In this document: positions 35,120 through 44,046 of the stretch, in pieces
How positions within the stretch are numbered: the stretch's first letter is position 1
How the letters are laid out: every line of letters starts with the position of its first letter
Virus record (IMG/VR): IMGVR_UViG_3300022744_000039
Span: 1-50,989 of that record
Length of the DNA stretch: 50,989 nucleotides
Source: a virus
Direction: 5' to 3' (one strand)
Notes under the pieces: model-generated
What the model was told of the DNA's origin: nothing
The model's input: the letters and a program-made list of their open reading frames with translations, nothing else
Database searches by the model: none
Position numbers and translations under genes: made by a program

Positions 35120-36124
35120 TTAGGAAGCAATGATCGACGGATCAGCGAGGACGGTGACCAGGTTTTCCGGACGGTAAATCTTCAGACCGTAACGGGCTGT
35201 AGTGACGTACTCGTCGCGCTGGAAGTCCTTGTTGTATTCGCCATCGACCTTCGGCATTTGACGCCACGCACCGATGAACGGCAGGACATCTTGCGAAGCC
35301 GAGAAGAACAGGTTGCAGACGGCGTTAGCACCGCTAGCGACCGAGTTGATTGTCTCCGACGTACCCGACTGCGAAGTACCACACAGAGGCAGGTAGTTCG
35401 AAGTGTAGACGTCAAAGCCAAAGATGTTCTTAACGAATCGACCGCCATTGGCCAGACCAGTCGCCACGACACCTTCCCACTTGGGGTTGTTCGAAAAGTT
35501 GGTCAGGTTGGTCAGCGTATTCAGGTGGTATTCCACCGAGGGGTCGACCAGAGCAATCAGGTTCTCTTGCGGGACGTTCGCCTTCTTCAGCGAGTACAGA
35601 GCAAGAGCAAAGTCGTTAACACCGATGGTCTGCTTCGAACTCGCAGTATCCGAACCCACCCAACGGTGCGGAGCGGCATTGATCGAGTTCAGGGCACCAG
35701 CCACTTGATAACCAGCAGGGTTGCCAGTCTTCGGCTGACCTTCCTTCAGGACGTCGATCTCAAGGCGCTCCTTGATCGCACGAGCCTGCTTCGGAACGAA
35801 GGACGACACAAGCTCGTTCATATAGAACATATCTTGCTTGGCCTTGTTCGTGATGTAGGTGCCGCTATGCAGGTACGTGTTAATAGTGAAGTTGAATTCA
35901 CCAGTATCCAGCGCCTGATAGGTAACCGGGGTGTCTTCGGTGTAGTCATGGGCATCCAGCACACCGATGCTGGGGATGGTCAGTTGGTTGCCATCGCCGA
36001 ATTCAGACATCCAACGAACGTAGCCAGAGGCTTGCAGTTCGTCAGTAAGCACGTCCTTAAGTTGGTTAGACCAAATCTCAGAACGAATAAGGGCGTCCGA
36101 ATTGCCAGTATTCATACCAGCCAT
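35120..36124 (-). CDS. Major capsid protein
   Basis: 334 aa, directly after the scaffold gene, with a strong RBS, inside a unit bracketed by a promoter and a terminator. Confidence 0.7.
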   Translation of the reverse strand: MAGMNTGNSDALIRSEIWSNQLKDVLTDELQASGYVRWMSEFGDGNQLTIPSIGVLDAHDYTEDTPVTYQALDTGEFNFTINTYLHSGTYITNKAKQDMFYMNELVSSFVPKQARAIKERLEIDVLKEGQPKTGNPAGYQVAGALNSINAAPHRWVGSDTASSKQTIGVNDFALALYSLKKANVPQENLIALVDPSVEYHLNTLTNLTNFSNNPKWEGVVATGLANGGRFVKNIFGFDVYTSNYLPLCGTSQSGTSETINSVASGANAVCNLFFSASQDVLPFIGAWRQMPKVDGEYNKDFQRDEYVTTARYGLKIYRPENLVTVLADPSIIAS

Positions 36125-36140
36125 TAGTTCTCCTTACGGA

Positions 36141-36845
36141 TTAGTTGTAGAATGCCTCCCCCAATCGCTTAGCGTCGGCAAACATTTTGTTTTGTACTTC
36201 GGCGGAGAAATAACGCTTCGGATCAGACTTACGAACAGTCTCGTAGTACTTGTACGTGCCTTCTTTCACAGCCGTCGAGTTTCGGGTATCTGCCAGTGCA
36301 ACCGGGTTAATATCACCACGGGTAGCAGCAGGTGTGGTCGGAACTTGATCGGCAAGACCAATCTGAGCATAGAAAGCTTTAGGAGATTGAGCAGCAATAT
36401 CTCGAAGCCAAGTCACGGGAACGCCAAGTTCACCGGCCTTAGTCTTCATAAATTCATTAGCTCGATCACCGTAAACCTCTTCAAGACGGTTAACGACTTG
36501 GGAAAGGTTCTGGTTTCGAATGTCTTCTTGGGTTTGTCGGTTCAGTTCTTCACGGATACGCGTAGCCAAATCTACAGGCTCTTCCTCGACGGGGCGGTTC
36601 GCTTCCCTCGGGATAGTATCAGCCGCAGGCTCGCGGGGACGCTCCAGCTCAAGGATACGAAGGCGCAGACGTTCTTGTTCTTGTCTGCTCTCTTCGAGTT
36701 CCCGATTCCGAGCTTCGATGGTACGATCAGCTTCGATCTTACCAGCGGCCAGGTCTTCAGGAGTCTTGAACTTCTTACCTTCCCCTACAAGTTGTTCGAA
36801 CGGGTTGGAAGGGTCGGAGGGAGTGTCACTAAATACGTCGGACAT
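36141..36845 (-). CDS. Scaffolding protein
   Basis: It lies between the portal and capsid genes, has highly charged E/R-rich helical segments and is 234 aa. Confidence 0.6.
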   Translation of the reverse strand: MSDVFSDTPSDPSNPFEQLVGEGKKFKTPEDLAAGKIEADRTIEARNRELEESRQEQERLRLRILELERPREPAADTIPREANRPVEEEPVDLATRIREELNRQTQEDIRNQNLSQVVNRLEEVYGDRANEFMKTKAGELGVPVTWLRDIAAQSPKAFYAQIGLADQVPTTPAATRGDINPVALADTRNSTAVKEGTYKYYETVRKSDPKRYFSAEVQNKMFADAKRLGEAFYN

Positions 36846-36867
36846 ATGGTCTTAGTCTCTTTTCTCT

Positions 36868-37116
36868 TTATTGGTCTTTTGAGAGTTTGAGCAATTCCGC
36901 AATTTCACGGTATGCTCGTAGGTAACCGTTCCTATCTGCTTGTCGATAAGCCCAGTTGGGTTCATCTAAGTAAGACTCAGGAGGTAGTTCCCTATTCTGA
37001 ATAACATTATAGCAGATTTCTTGTAGCCTGTCAAGTACTTTCGCACTCCCCAGGATCATTTTCTTGAAATCTTCTTGTTTATCCTTGGGGAGATGGTTGA
37101 ACCATTTGGTCTGCAC
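36868..37116 (-). CDS. Hypothetical protein (82 aa)
   Basis: GTG 37116 is preceded by a perfect AGGAGG 8 nt upstream. The longer track ORF (to 37215) would overlap the portal gene by 137 nt. Confidence 0.5.
   Translation of the reverse strand: MQTKWFNHLPKDKQEDFKKMILGSAKVLDRLQEICYNVIQNRELPPESYLDEPNWAYRQADRNGYLRAYREIAELLKLSKDQ
37006..37034 (-). promoter_or_regulatory. Perfect-consensus sigma70 promoter TTGACA-N17-TATAAT (minus strand) inside the 82-aa ORF
   Basis: The reverse complement of 37001..37040 reads aagtacTTGACAggctacaagaaatctgcTATAATgttat. It points at the scaffold and capsid genes. Confidence 0.65.
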
Positions 37117-38869
37117 CGGGGATACCTCCTTGTTGTTGTTCACCAGCAAGCTGTTGGGCAGATTGGAACTGTTGTTGAGTCTCATAGCTTTCAGCAATAC
37201 GGACGTTATCACCATACAGCTTATACTTACGAAGACCGAGCAGTTCTTCCATCAATCGAGCCTCAGCCTTACCACTAATGTGAGCCATGACAGCCTGATC
37301 AGTACCAAAGGCTTGTTGGAATTGTGTCAGGTTCTGCACCATGTTTGCATTATGGGCAAAGTGTCGAGCACCAACCGGACGAATCTTACCACGAGCAGTG
37401 ATATCTTCTTTAGTGATCTTCATGAAGGAGACAGCACCATATTGGTCGTCTACCACACGAACCAGATCGCTCGGACTCAGATTACGACGAGCCAGCTCAA
37501 GCATCGAGTTGATAATGGGCTCAAGGAAGATTTCCTCAAAGTAGGAAGTCTTGTTGATGAAGATACGATTAGACCCGTTCTCAAGGATTTGCATTTCGAA
37601 TGCTGTTTTTTCACCCGGCGTACGGAATCCCATAGCTTGCTTAGGGGCACCAGCCATTTCTTCCATCTTCGCTTCGTACATGGCGATCTGAGTATCAGCA
37701 TTCAGCATCGTCGTATCGGGCGGCATGAATTCTACATCACCATCATCACCCATAAAGATACGCTCGCCGGGGCCGTAATCAAAGTCTTCGACGTAGCCTT
37801 TAACCTTCATAACCGGATGGACAATCAGGTCAAAAGCGTCGGCCTTAGCATTCTCAAGGTGATCAATGCGGTATTGCATACCGACAAGATTGTCCAGAGG
37901 ACCCATGGCGTAAAGATTATCGGGACGAAGACGCCAACCAACATGGAAGATATTAGGCTTACCAAACCAAGAAGGATTAGTCTTTTGTCGAATAACCCAC
38001 GACCGATCTACAACTGTGATGATCTGATTCTTATAGAGCTTGTTGGCTTCCTTATCGTAGATGTCTCCATACAGTTCAAGAATCTCTACGTAGTCTCCTG
38101 TAAAGTAATCAAGGAACGAACCGAACCCATCAATCAAGAAAGATGTATTACGACGGAAGTCCTTCTCAGCGAGACCAAGGAACTGACCACGCTTCTCCAT
38201 CATCTTGTTGAAAACCTCAGCCATGTAACCCATCTCAGGGTGATCTTCAATATCTGCCTTCAGAGACGCGAGAGTCTTAACACTACGAATGATCTTCGCA
38301 CTGTGGTCAAAATTAGTAGCCACAGGATTAAAGACAATATCCATGGGACTGATACGCACTAGACGTGGACCCACGTAGGCTGTGGACGATTCCCCGGTGA
38401 TTGGATCAACCACCTTCTCTGCGACGAATTCAGTCATGGCGAAAGCGTTACCATAATCAATCCAGTCGTAAACTAGTCGACTAACTTCAGTCCAGAATTG
38501 AGACTGACGCAACTTATTACTAATGTAAGATTGAATGACTTCACGCTTTTGAAGCGACTCAGACGATTCGTCATCACCCTCCCATGTGATCGCATCATCA
38601 TTAGGCTTCAGTGTTGACATGTAGTTGGCATGAAGATTGTCACGAATCTGACAAAGCTTCGGAACATGTACAGAGTTCTTCCACGGAAGGACATTGTTAG
38701 TTGTCGAAGATGTATCAGTCGCAAAAACATAATCACGAATCTCTTGGACAGCATTCATCCAAGGTTGTCGTTTCATGTCCCAATCAGCATAGAGTTCGGC
38801 AATTTGAACTGCGAGTTCGTCTTGTTCGAGTAGCTCACAAATTTCGATGCCACGAGCACCAGCAGGCAT
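37079..38869 (-). CDS. Portal protein
   Basis: 596 aa, immediately downstream of the large terminase gene, with a Q-rich C-terminal tail. Confidence 0.7.
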   Translation of the reverse strand: MPAGARGIEICELLEQDELAVQIAELYADWDMKRQPWMNAVQEIRDYVFATDTSSTTNNVLPWKNSVHVPKLCQIRDNLHANYMSTLKPNDDAITWEGDDESSESLQKREVIQSYISNKLRQSQFWTEVSRLVYDWIDYGNAFAMTEFVAEKVVDPITGESSTAYVGPRLVRISPMDIVFNPVATNFDHSAKIIRSVKTLASLKADIEDHPEMGYMAEVFNKMMEKRGQFLGLAEKDFRRNTSFLIDGFGSFLDYFTGDYVEILELYGDIYDKEANKLYKNQIITVVDRSWVIRQKTNPSWFGKPNIFHVGWRLRPDNLYAMGPLDNLVGMQYRIDHLENAKADAFDLIVHPVMKVKGYVEDFDYGPGERIFMGDDGDVEFMPPDTTMLNADTQIAMYEAKMEEMAGAPKQAMGFRTPGEKTAFEMQILENGSNRIFINKTSYFEEIFLEPIINSMLELARRNLSPSDLVRVVDDQYGAVSFMKITKEDITARGKIRPVGARHFAHNANMVQNLTQFQQAFGTDQAVMAHISGKAEARLMEELLGLRKYKLYGDNVRIAESYETQQQFQSAQQLAGEQQQGGIPGADQMVQPSPQG

Positions 38870-38878
38870 TCAGTTATC

Positions 38879-40423
38879 CTATCCAAAAGCGACACCACCA
38901 AAACGGCGGTGCGTAAAAACATTGTTACCACGTTGACGGTCACGACTTGCTTGACCTGTGGGCGGAACCGCAATTTCGACACAAGACGCCAGGGCGTCCT
39001 TACAGTCGTCATGCGGGGGGTGTTGCATCATGAGTTCATCTTCTAGAATTTCGCAGTTACCGCCGCGATAATGCCAGATACTCATGTTGTCGTATCGACT
39101 CGTCAGAGCAGCATCAATACGCTCTTCCTTCGTTCCTTCGTTCTTTGTGTGTTTGATATCCTGGACAGACAGAAGAAGACCATTAGGCCTAATGTACATG
39201 TCTTTTAGTTCTTGTACGATCATCCGTTGACCAGAAGTAATTTCACAGCCGATCTTCTTGAAGTCCCACTTAACATGCATCGCAAGGATGTGTTCGTAGA
39301 TTTCACTAATTCGTCCGGTTTTAAATCTGTCGATCTCTAGGACGTAGATATTATGTTCATGATCAATACCGATAACGACAATAGCAGTATAGTCAGAGCG
39401 CTTAGTGGCTGTATAAGCAAAGTCAGCAGCAGCAAATACGTTCAGACGACGATCTTTATGATACCAATGAACCCCATCGAAGTTCAGATTTTTCTTATCG
39501 TAGTACTGAAAACTGTCTCGGTCAATCTTATTTTCACCAGGATCGTTCGGATCGTTATAGTACTGCGCCCGGAACTGTGTCCGGTCTAGGTATTGGCCGC
39601 GCTTCTTGGCAAGAACCTTACGATCAAACCCAAACCACTTACCATCCGATCTTTGAGAGCGGGGCCAGAGGAATTCACCAGTACCATCACCCGCATCTTC
39701 AACTTGACGTTCAAAAACCTCATAGATCGGTTCTTCGTCTACAATCTCACCGTCGTCGTCAAAAATTTCCTCACGCATGGCCTGTAGCTTGCTGTAGAGG
39801 TCCTTTGGATGATATCGGGTACCACACACCCATTCGTCCGCATCAGCGCCCTCAATCGAGCTGAGAAGGCTGTATTGACCTTCTACCTTTTCACGTCCCT
39901 CTTCGGTGTAGGCATTTTCGTAAACAACCACATCGTCAAGTACAGCAACGTCGCAGTGCAGACCAGTAAGACTAGTAGTAAGGCCTCCTGTAAAAATCGA
40001 AGGATCGCGGATGCCCTCTGCCTTACGCTTCGGGTGATCGACACTAATTTCACTGTTTGTCCATTTCTCTCGTTTACCCTCTTCGGGATGAACCATCTCA
40101 GGCCAGTATCGACGATAAATCGAACTTGTGAGAATGTCCTTCATGAACTTCAATTGCTTCTCAGCAAGGTTTGATGTCGCACTGATATACAGAATACGGG
40201 CATCAGGATTACGCGTCAGGTACCAGACAGTTCGAAAAGCAATAAGACGAGATTTACCGTGGTCACGGGGCATCAGAAGAAGCTGGTGACTTTTACGGTC
40301 TTGTCTTGTCCACCACCGACAGATATCTACGTGTACTTGTCCGAGTACTTGTTTAGGGGCAATGAGGCGGATGAAAGTCTCAAGGTCCGCCTCGGCTGCT
40401 TCTCTGATTTCGTCTTTAGTCAC
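38879..40423 (-). CDS. Terminase large subunit
   Basis: Walker A-like LLMPRDHGKSRL, Walker B DVAVLDDVV and a C-terminal RNase H-like nuclease region (AADFAYTATKRSDYTAIVVIG). Confidence 0.85.
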   Translation of the reverse strand: MTKDEIREAAEADLETFIRLIAPKQVLGQVHVDICRWWTRQDRKSHQLLLMPRDHGKSRLIAFRTVWYLTRNPDARILYISATSNLAEKQLKFMKDILTSSIYRRYWPEMVHPEEGKREKWTNSEISVDHPKRKAEGIRDPSIFTGGLTTSLTGLHCDVAVLDDVVVYENAYTEEGREKVEGQYSLLSSIEGADADEWVCGTRYHPKDLYSKLQAMREEIFDDDGEIVDEEPIYEVFERQVEDAGDGTGEFLWPRSQRSDGKWFGFDRKVLAKKRGQYLDRTQFRAQYYNDPNDPGENKIDRDSFQYYDKKNLNFDGVHWYHKDRRLNVFAAADFAYTATKRSDYTAIVVIGIDHEHNIYVLEIDRFKTGRISEIYEHILAMHVKWDFKKIGCEITSGQRMIVQELKDMYIRPNGLLLSVQDIKHTKNEGTKEERIDAALTSRYDNMSIWHYRGGNCEILEDELMMQHPPHDDCKDALASCVEIAVPPTGQASRDRQRGNNVFTHRRFGGVAFG

Positions 40424-40691
40424 GAGGATTCTTTTTATGAGCCCCGCGCGTACGGGGATAGGATCGATTAGAGTGCTTTGAACCCATACGAAGATTCTTA
40501 GTGCCTCGTTTGGATGTATGCATCGCGTTTCCGTCTACATGTTCAACATCTTTGCCATCACCTTTACGGGCTTTCCCGGCCTTGATCATGTTACGACGAG
40601 CACGATTGCGCATCGCTCTTTTTTTCTTTTGTTCGGGCTTACTGTTGTATCTAGCTTGTGCTGCCGCTCGCCCACCCTTGAAAGCACTCAT
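40416..40691 (-). CDS. Small, very basic protein with an HNH_3-like remnant motif
   Basis: DVEHVDGNAMHTSKRGTKNLRMGSKHSNRS resembles the vdHiDgN...NL...N pattern. It is K/R-rich and lies directly upstream of the terminase large subunit gene. Confidence 0.35.
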   Translation of the reverse strand: MSAFKGGRAAAQARYNSKPEQKKKRAMRNRARRNMIKAGKARKGDGKDVEHVDGNAMHTSKRGTKNLRMGSKHSNRSYPRTRGAHKKNPRD

Positions 40692-41242
40692 TTCACTAGA
40701 CCAATTCTCTTAGCGTCTTCTTCCTCTTCAGCAAGGATATCGACATTTCGTTTAAGTTCACCCGCGAGTTCTTCCTTAGAGGGTCGACCACGAGTTGAAG
40801 GCCTCTTTTCCCAACCTTGTTCAGCAATATAACGGGCTGCCACAAGGGCTTGCTTATCATCACTCGCTGCAATCACTCGGATGGATTCAATGGCTTCAGC
40901 TTTCTGCTTCATTCGAAGCTCTTCGCGCCAGATTGCCAAAGCATCCCTGAACCACTTACACTTCTCTAGGGCCAGCCAGTGAGACCAGTCCCCTAGATAC
41001 TTCATAGCCCACTTGTAACCTGTAGGGTCGTCTAATTCGACAAAAGCCTTACGGGCATTGATGTAACCTTCTTTGTCATCATGAAGAGTAAACACCGGAT
41101 GAATCGTTCGGTCTACTTCTCTAAGGACAACAACAAGGTCCCAGAAGAGAGCCTTAGTGTACCACTGATTGCTGTTACTCTTGTACGGCGGACTGATCTT
41201 GGGCAGATTCAAGTTCGTTAATCCTTTGATGAGCGACCTCAA
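40688..41242 (-). CDS. Hypothetical protein; candidate small terminase subunit by position
   Basis: 184 aa, two genes upstream of the terminase large subunit gene, with an RGRPSKEE AT-hook-like segment. Only TTG starts are available (41242 or 41212). Confidence 0.35.
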   Translation of the reverse strand: MRSLIKGLTNLNLPKISPPYKSNSNQWYTKALFWDLVVVLREVDRTIHPVFTLHDDKEGYINARKAFVELDDPTGYKWAMKYLGDWSHWLALEKCKWFRDALAIWREELRMKQKAEAIESIRVIAASDDKQALVAARYIAEQGWEKRPSTRGRPSKEELAGELKRNVDILAEEEEDAKRIGLVK

Positions 41243-41323
41243 GGGCGAGAGTCAGTTTAGTGATTTCGAATTGATAATTACCAAGAAGGTTCTTAATTCG
41301 ATTTTCAAATTCTTGTGTCGGAT

Positions 41324-43408
41324 TTACCATGTTTGAACGAGAGACCCCGCTTTGTAGAGTTTAATAGAGCCACCGCTGTACTCAAGACGGGAGCCATCTG
41401 TACTAAGGTAGACAATACCAGCATTCGACTGGACAGTGCCTCCAGCAATAAAATTACCACCAGTTGTGATCGAGGCATTAGTTGTCAGACCACCATTCTC
41501 TTGGAGACGAAGCCTGTAGATACCATTGTAGAGTTCGAGAACACGAACCCCAGAGACAGTATCAGAACCAATGTAGATCGGAGACGCCGGATACGTATCA
41601 GCAATCAGAGAGACGTTTTGAACAGTACGTGTGGTCGACGTATTGGCAAAGTGAATGCGGTCACCAAGCTTGAGACCAATAGCACCCTTGTTCGTACCAA
41701 AGTCGCTAGCACCACCCGCCAGGTCAATACCGACGTTGTACTTGCCAATAGCCGTAATAGCGGAGTCTAGGGCTTTAGTTCCGAAGGACTGCATGAAGAT
41801 GCCGGTCCAGACTTCACCACGAGCTGATGTATTGTTGTTCCGGTTAAACGACATAACGAGACCAATACCGGCACTGTCTGTTGACCCACCGTCAATCAGA
41901 AATTCAATGCCGGTTGAATATTGGCCATCGTAGACGTTAACAAGGTCACCACCGATCAGGCCGATAGTAGCCGTGTTAAAGAAATGAGTTTGACCTTTCG
42001 TCGGTTGATATTCATTGAAGATTCGGCCAAGCCAACAGTAAGCATCACCACCACCACTATGAGTCACTTCGTAGTGACTAATGGCATGGTGAGTCCGTTT
42101 GCCAATGTAAACACATGCCCCTGATGGAATTGTAGTTGCACTAGGGACTGCCGGGGTGAATGTAAGTGTAGAGCCTGAGACACCGAGGGACGTAGCTGTA
42201 TGGTAAATTGTACCACCATCGTTGTTTTGACCATTAGCGAAGACAAACTCTCGTCCGCTAGCCAGATCGTCACCACCGCCCGCAGTCAGGTTGAGCGAGA
42301 CTGTAGTAGCCCCTGTAGTAATCGACGCTGTGGTAAAGGCAGTGGCTCCGCTGTAACCTTGGAACGACTGCATCACCTTGAAGTCGGGGGTTGTTACTGT
42401 GTCGTAGTAGTTCTCACTGAGACCAACTCGAAGCGGAGACGAAGAAGAGCCAAAGCGCCAATGTTCGACGTTAACCTTCGAAGTGTCACCGCTGTAGTAA
42501 AACGCTAGGTCGGTACCTGTGCCAGAAGTCGGCTTAGTCGTAATATTATGATACGAAGCAGGCCGATACGTAGTACCAAAGAGAATCTTACCGGGGCCAT
42601 AGAATCGGTCGTACTGGATCGACGAAGCACTTCCAGAAGTCTTATAGGTGTCCTTAAGGTAGATACGCTTATCTGTGGATGCCTGGGCCGCAGCAAAGGC
42701 CGCTACGTTGTCTGTAGACCCATCTCCCACACCACCGTAATCTTCAAGTGATGGGACACCAGAGCCACTAGCGGTGCTGTTAATTGTGGTTTTACCGGTC
42801 GTATCATTATAAGAGACAGTGATATTCGTACCAGCCGTAATGGCCGATCCAATATAGTCTTCTACTGTCTCTTGAAGGTCTGTAACGTCAGACGACGTAT
42901 GCGTATGTGCCGAAGGCGTAAATGTAGACGGCTTACCAGTAATATCGGCCCAAGCAGTCGAGACACTACCAGTAGCAGACACTGTAGTCTCACCGGTCGT
43001 ATCATTGTACGAAACAGTGATATTGGTCCCACCGACCAGCTTAGAGCCAATCTTGTCTTCAACATATTCACCGATGTCAGTGATGTCAGCCGCAACATGA
43101 TTATGTTCTTCGGGCGGGAATGTATCAGGGACATTTACAAGATCATTGTAATCTTGTGATAGGGTCAACTCACCAGCATTAAGATCGATGATATCTTGGA
43201 GACGTACAGCATCGGTGGGGTCCGCAGGAGTGCCCACATTGATGATACGATTACCGCCCATATCAAGGTCTGCCTCCATATCATTAGGAGTCGACCCATC
43301 ACGACTTACTGTGTTCTGAAAGGCATCCGTGATTCGACTGAAGTTCTGGTTGATCTTCGAAGCCGATGTGAATCCAGCAACAATGCTGTTTAGGAATTGT
43401 AGTTTCAT
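41324..43408 (-). CDS. Tail fibre / receptor-binding protein (694 aa) with the shared N-terminal module and internal HxH repeats
   Basis: The N-terminus aligns with the two other fibre proteins. A tandem ~46-aa repeat (residues ~102-147 and ~168-213) is also visible at DNA level. Confidence 0.65.
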   Translation of the reverse strand: MKLQFLNSIVAGFTSASKINQNFSRITDAFQNTVSRDGSTPNDMEADLDMGGNRIINVGTPADPTDAVRLQDIIDLNAGELTLSQDYNDLVNVPDTFPPEEHNHVAADITDIGEYVEDKIGSKLVGGTNITVSYNDTTGETTVSATGSVSTAWADITGKPSTFTPSAHTHTSSDVTDLQETVEDYIGSAITAGTNITVSYNDTTGKTTINSTASGSGVPSLEDYGGVGDGSTDNVAAFAAAQASTDKRIYLKDTYKTSGSASSIQYDRFYGPGKILFGTTYRPASYHNITTKPTSGTGTDLAFYYSGDTSKVNVEHWRFGSSSSPLRVGLSENYYDTVTTPDFKVMQSFQGYSGATAFTTASITTGATTVSLNLTAGGGDDLASGREFVFANGQNNDGGTIYHTATSLGVSGSTLTFTPAVPSATTIPSGACVYIGKRTHHAISHYEVTHSGGGDAYCWLGRIFNEYQPTKGQTHFFNTATIGLIGGDLVNVYDGQYSTGIEFLIDGGSTDSAGIGLVMSFNRNNNTSARGEVWTGIFMQSFGTKALDSAITAIGKYNVGIDLAGGASDFGTNKGAIGLKLGDRIHFANTSTTRTVQNVSLIADTYPASPIYIGSDTVSGVRVLELYNGIYRLRLQENGGLTTNASITTGGNFIAGGTVQSNAGIVYLSTDGSRLEYSGGSIKLYKAGSLVQTW

Positions 43409-44046
43409 GTAATCTCGAATGTTGCTTGAGCCATACGGTAATCACTGTTAGACCAACTAGTCGTTAAAGTGTCACCACTGGTATAGGATGAAGAGTCTGC
43501 GTCGCTATGTACATATGAACTGGTAGACAGTTGAGCAGTGAATGGGGCCGTAATGGTTGTCAAACTAACAGTAGACAAAAACAAATTGATCAGTTTCTTA
43601 GAGCCGGTACCCTTAGTAAAGGACGTACTGAAAGTTACATCACTTAAAGGGAAACCTGTATCTGGATCAGTCGGCACCATTGTTGTCGTCTTAACAGCAA
43701 CAGCAGAACCGTTCCTATAGACAACAAGAAGACCAGGACCGTTCTGAGTAAATCCGGTAAGACTTCCACCAACGAGGTCACCAGAGACAAGAACCTTACG
43801 TCCGTGAGACATATTAGTCTGCATACCGCCACTACCGATACCGGCACTGCCGCCTGACCATCCGGAGATCAGCGTACCGCCACCAGAGGTCGAGACGTTG
43901 ATATACATTGCGATGTCTCCGGCAGTGGTTCCAGCGGGATACGGGATACCGGATGTGGCCGCATTGGAGACATAAGAAGACCCGACCAATGTAACAGAGG
44001 CCGGGGCTGCGGAAGCGTTGATGTAGCTATTAAGTACGGTGGCCAA
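43405..44046 (-). CDS. Hypothetical protein between two fibre genes (possible fibre accessory or distal subunit)
   Basis: 213 aa, S/T/G-rich, overlapping both neighbours. Confidence 0.45.
   Translation of the reverse strand: MATVLNSYINASAAPASVTLVGSSYVSNAATSGIPYPAGTTAGDIAMYINVSTSGGGTLISGWSGGSAGIGSGGMQTNMSHGRKVLVSGDLVGGSLTGFTQNGPGLLVVYRNGSAVAVKTTTMVPTDPDTGFPLSDVTFSTSFTKGTGSKKLINLFLSTVSLTTITAPFTAQLSTSSYVHSDADSSSYTSGDTLTTSWSNSDYRMAQATFEIT

Noticed and set aside
35258-38362. Long plus-strand ORFs (35258..36127, 36102..36890, 37064..38362) antisense to the capsid, scaffold and portal genes
   Set aside because: Their products are R/S/L/V-rich with no motifs and lack ribosome-binding sites. The minus-strand frames give coherent structural proteins with good ribosome-binding sites and gene order. 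These are shadow ORFs.
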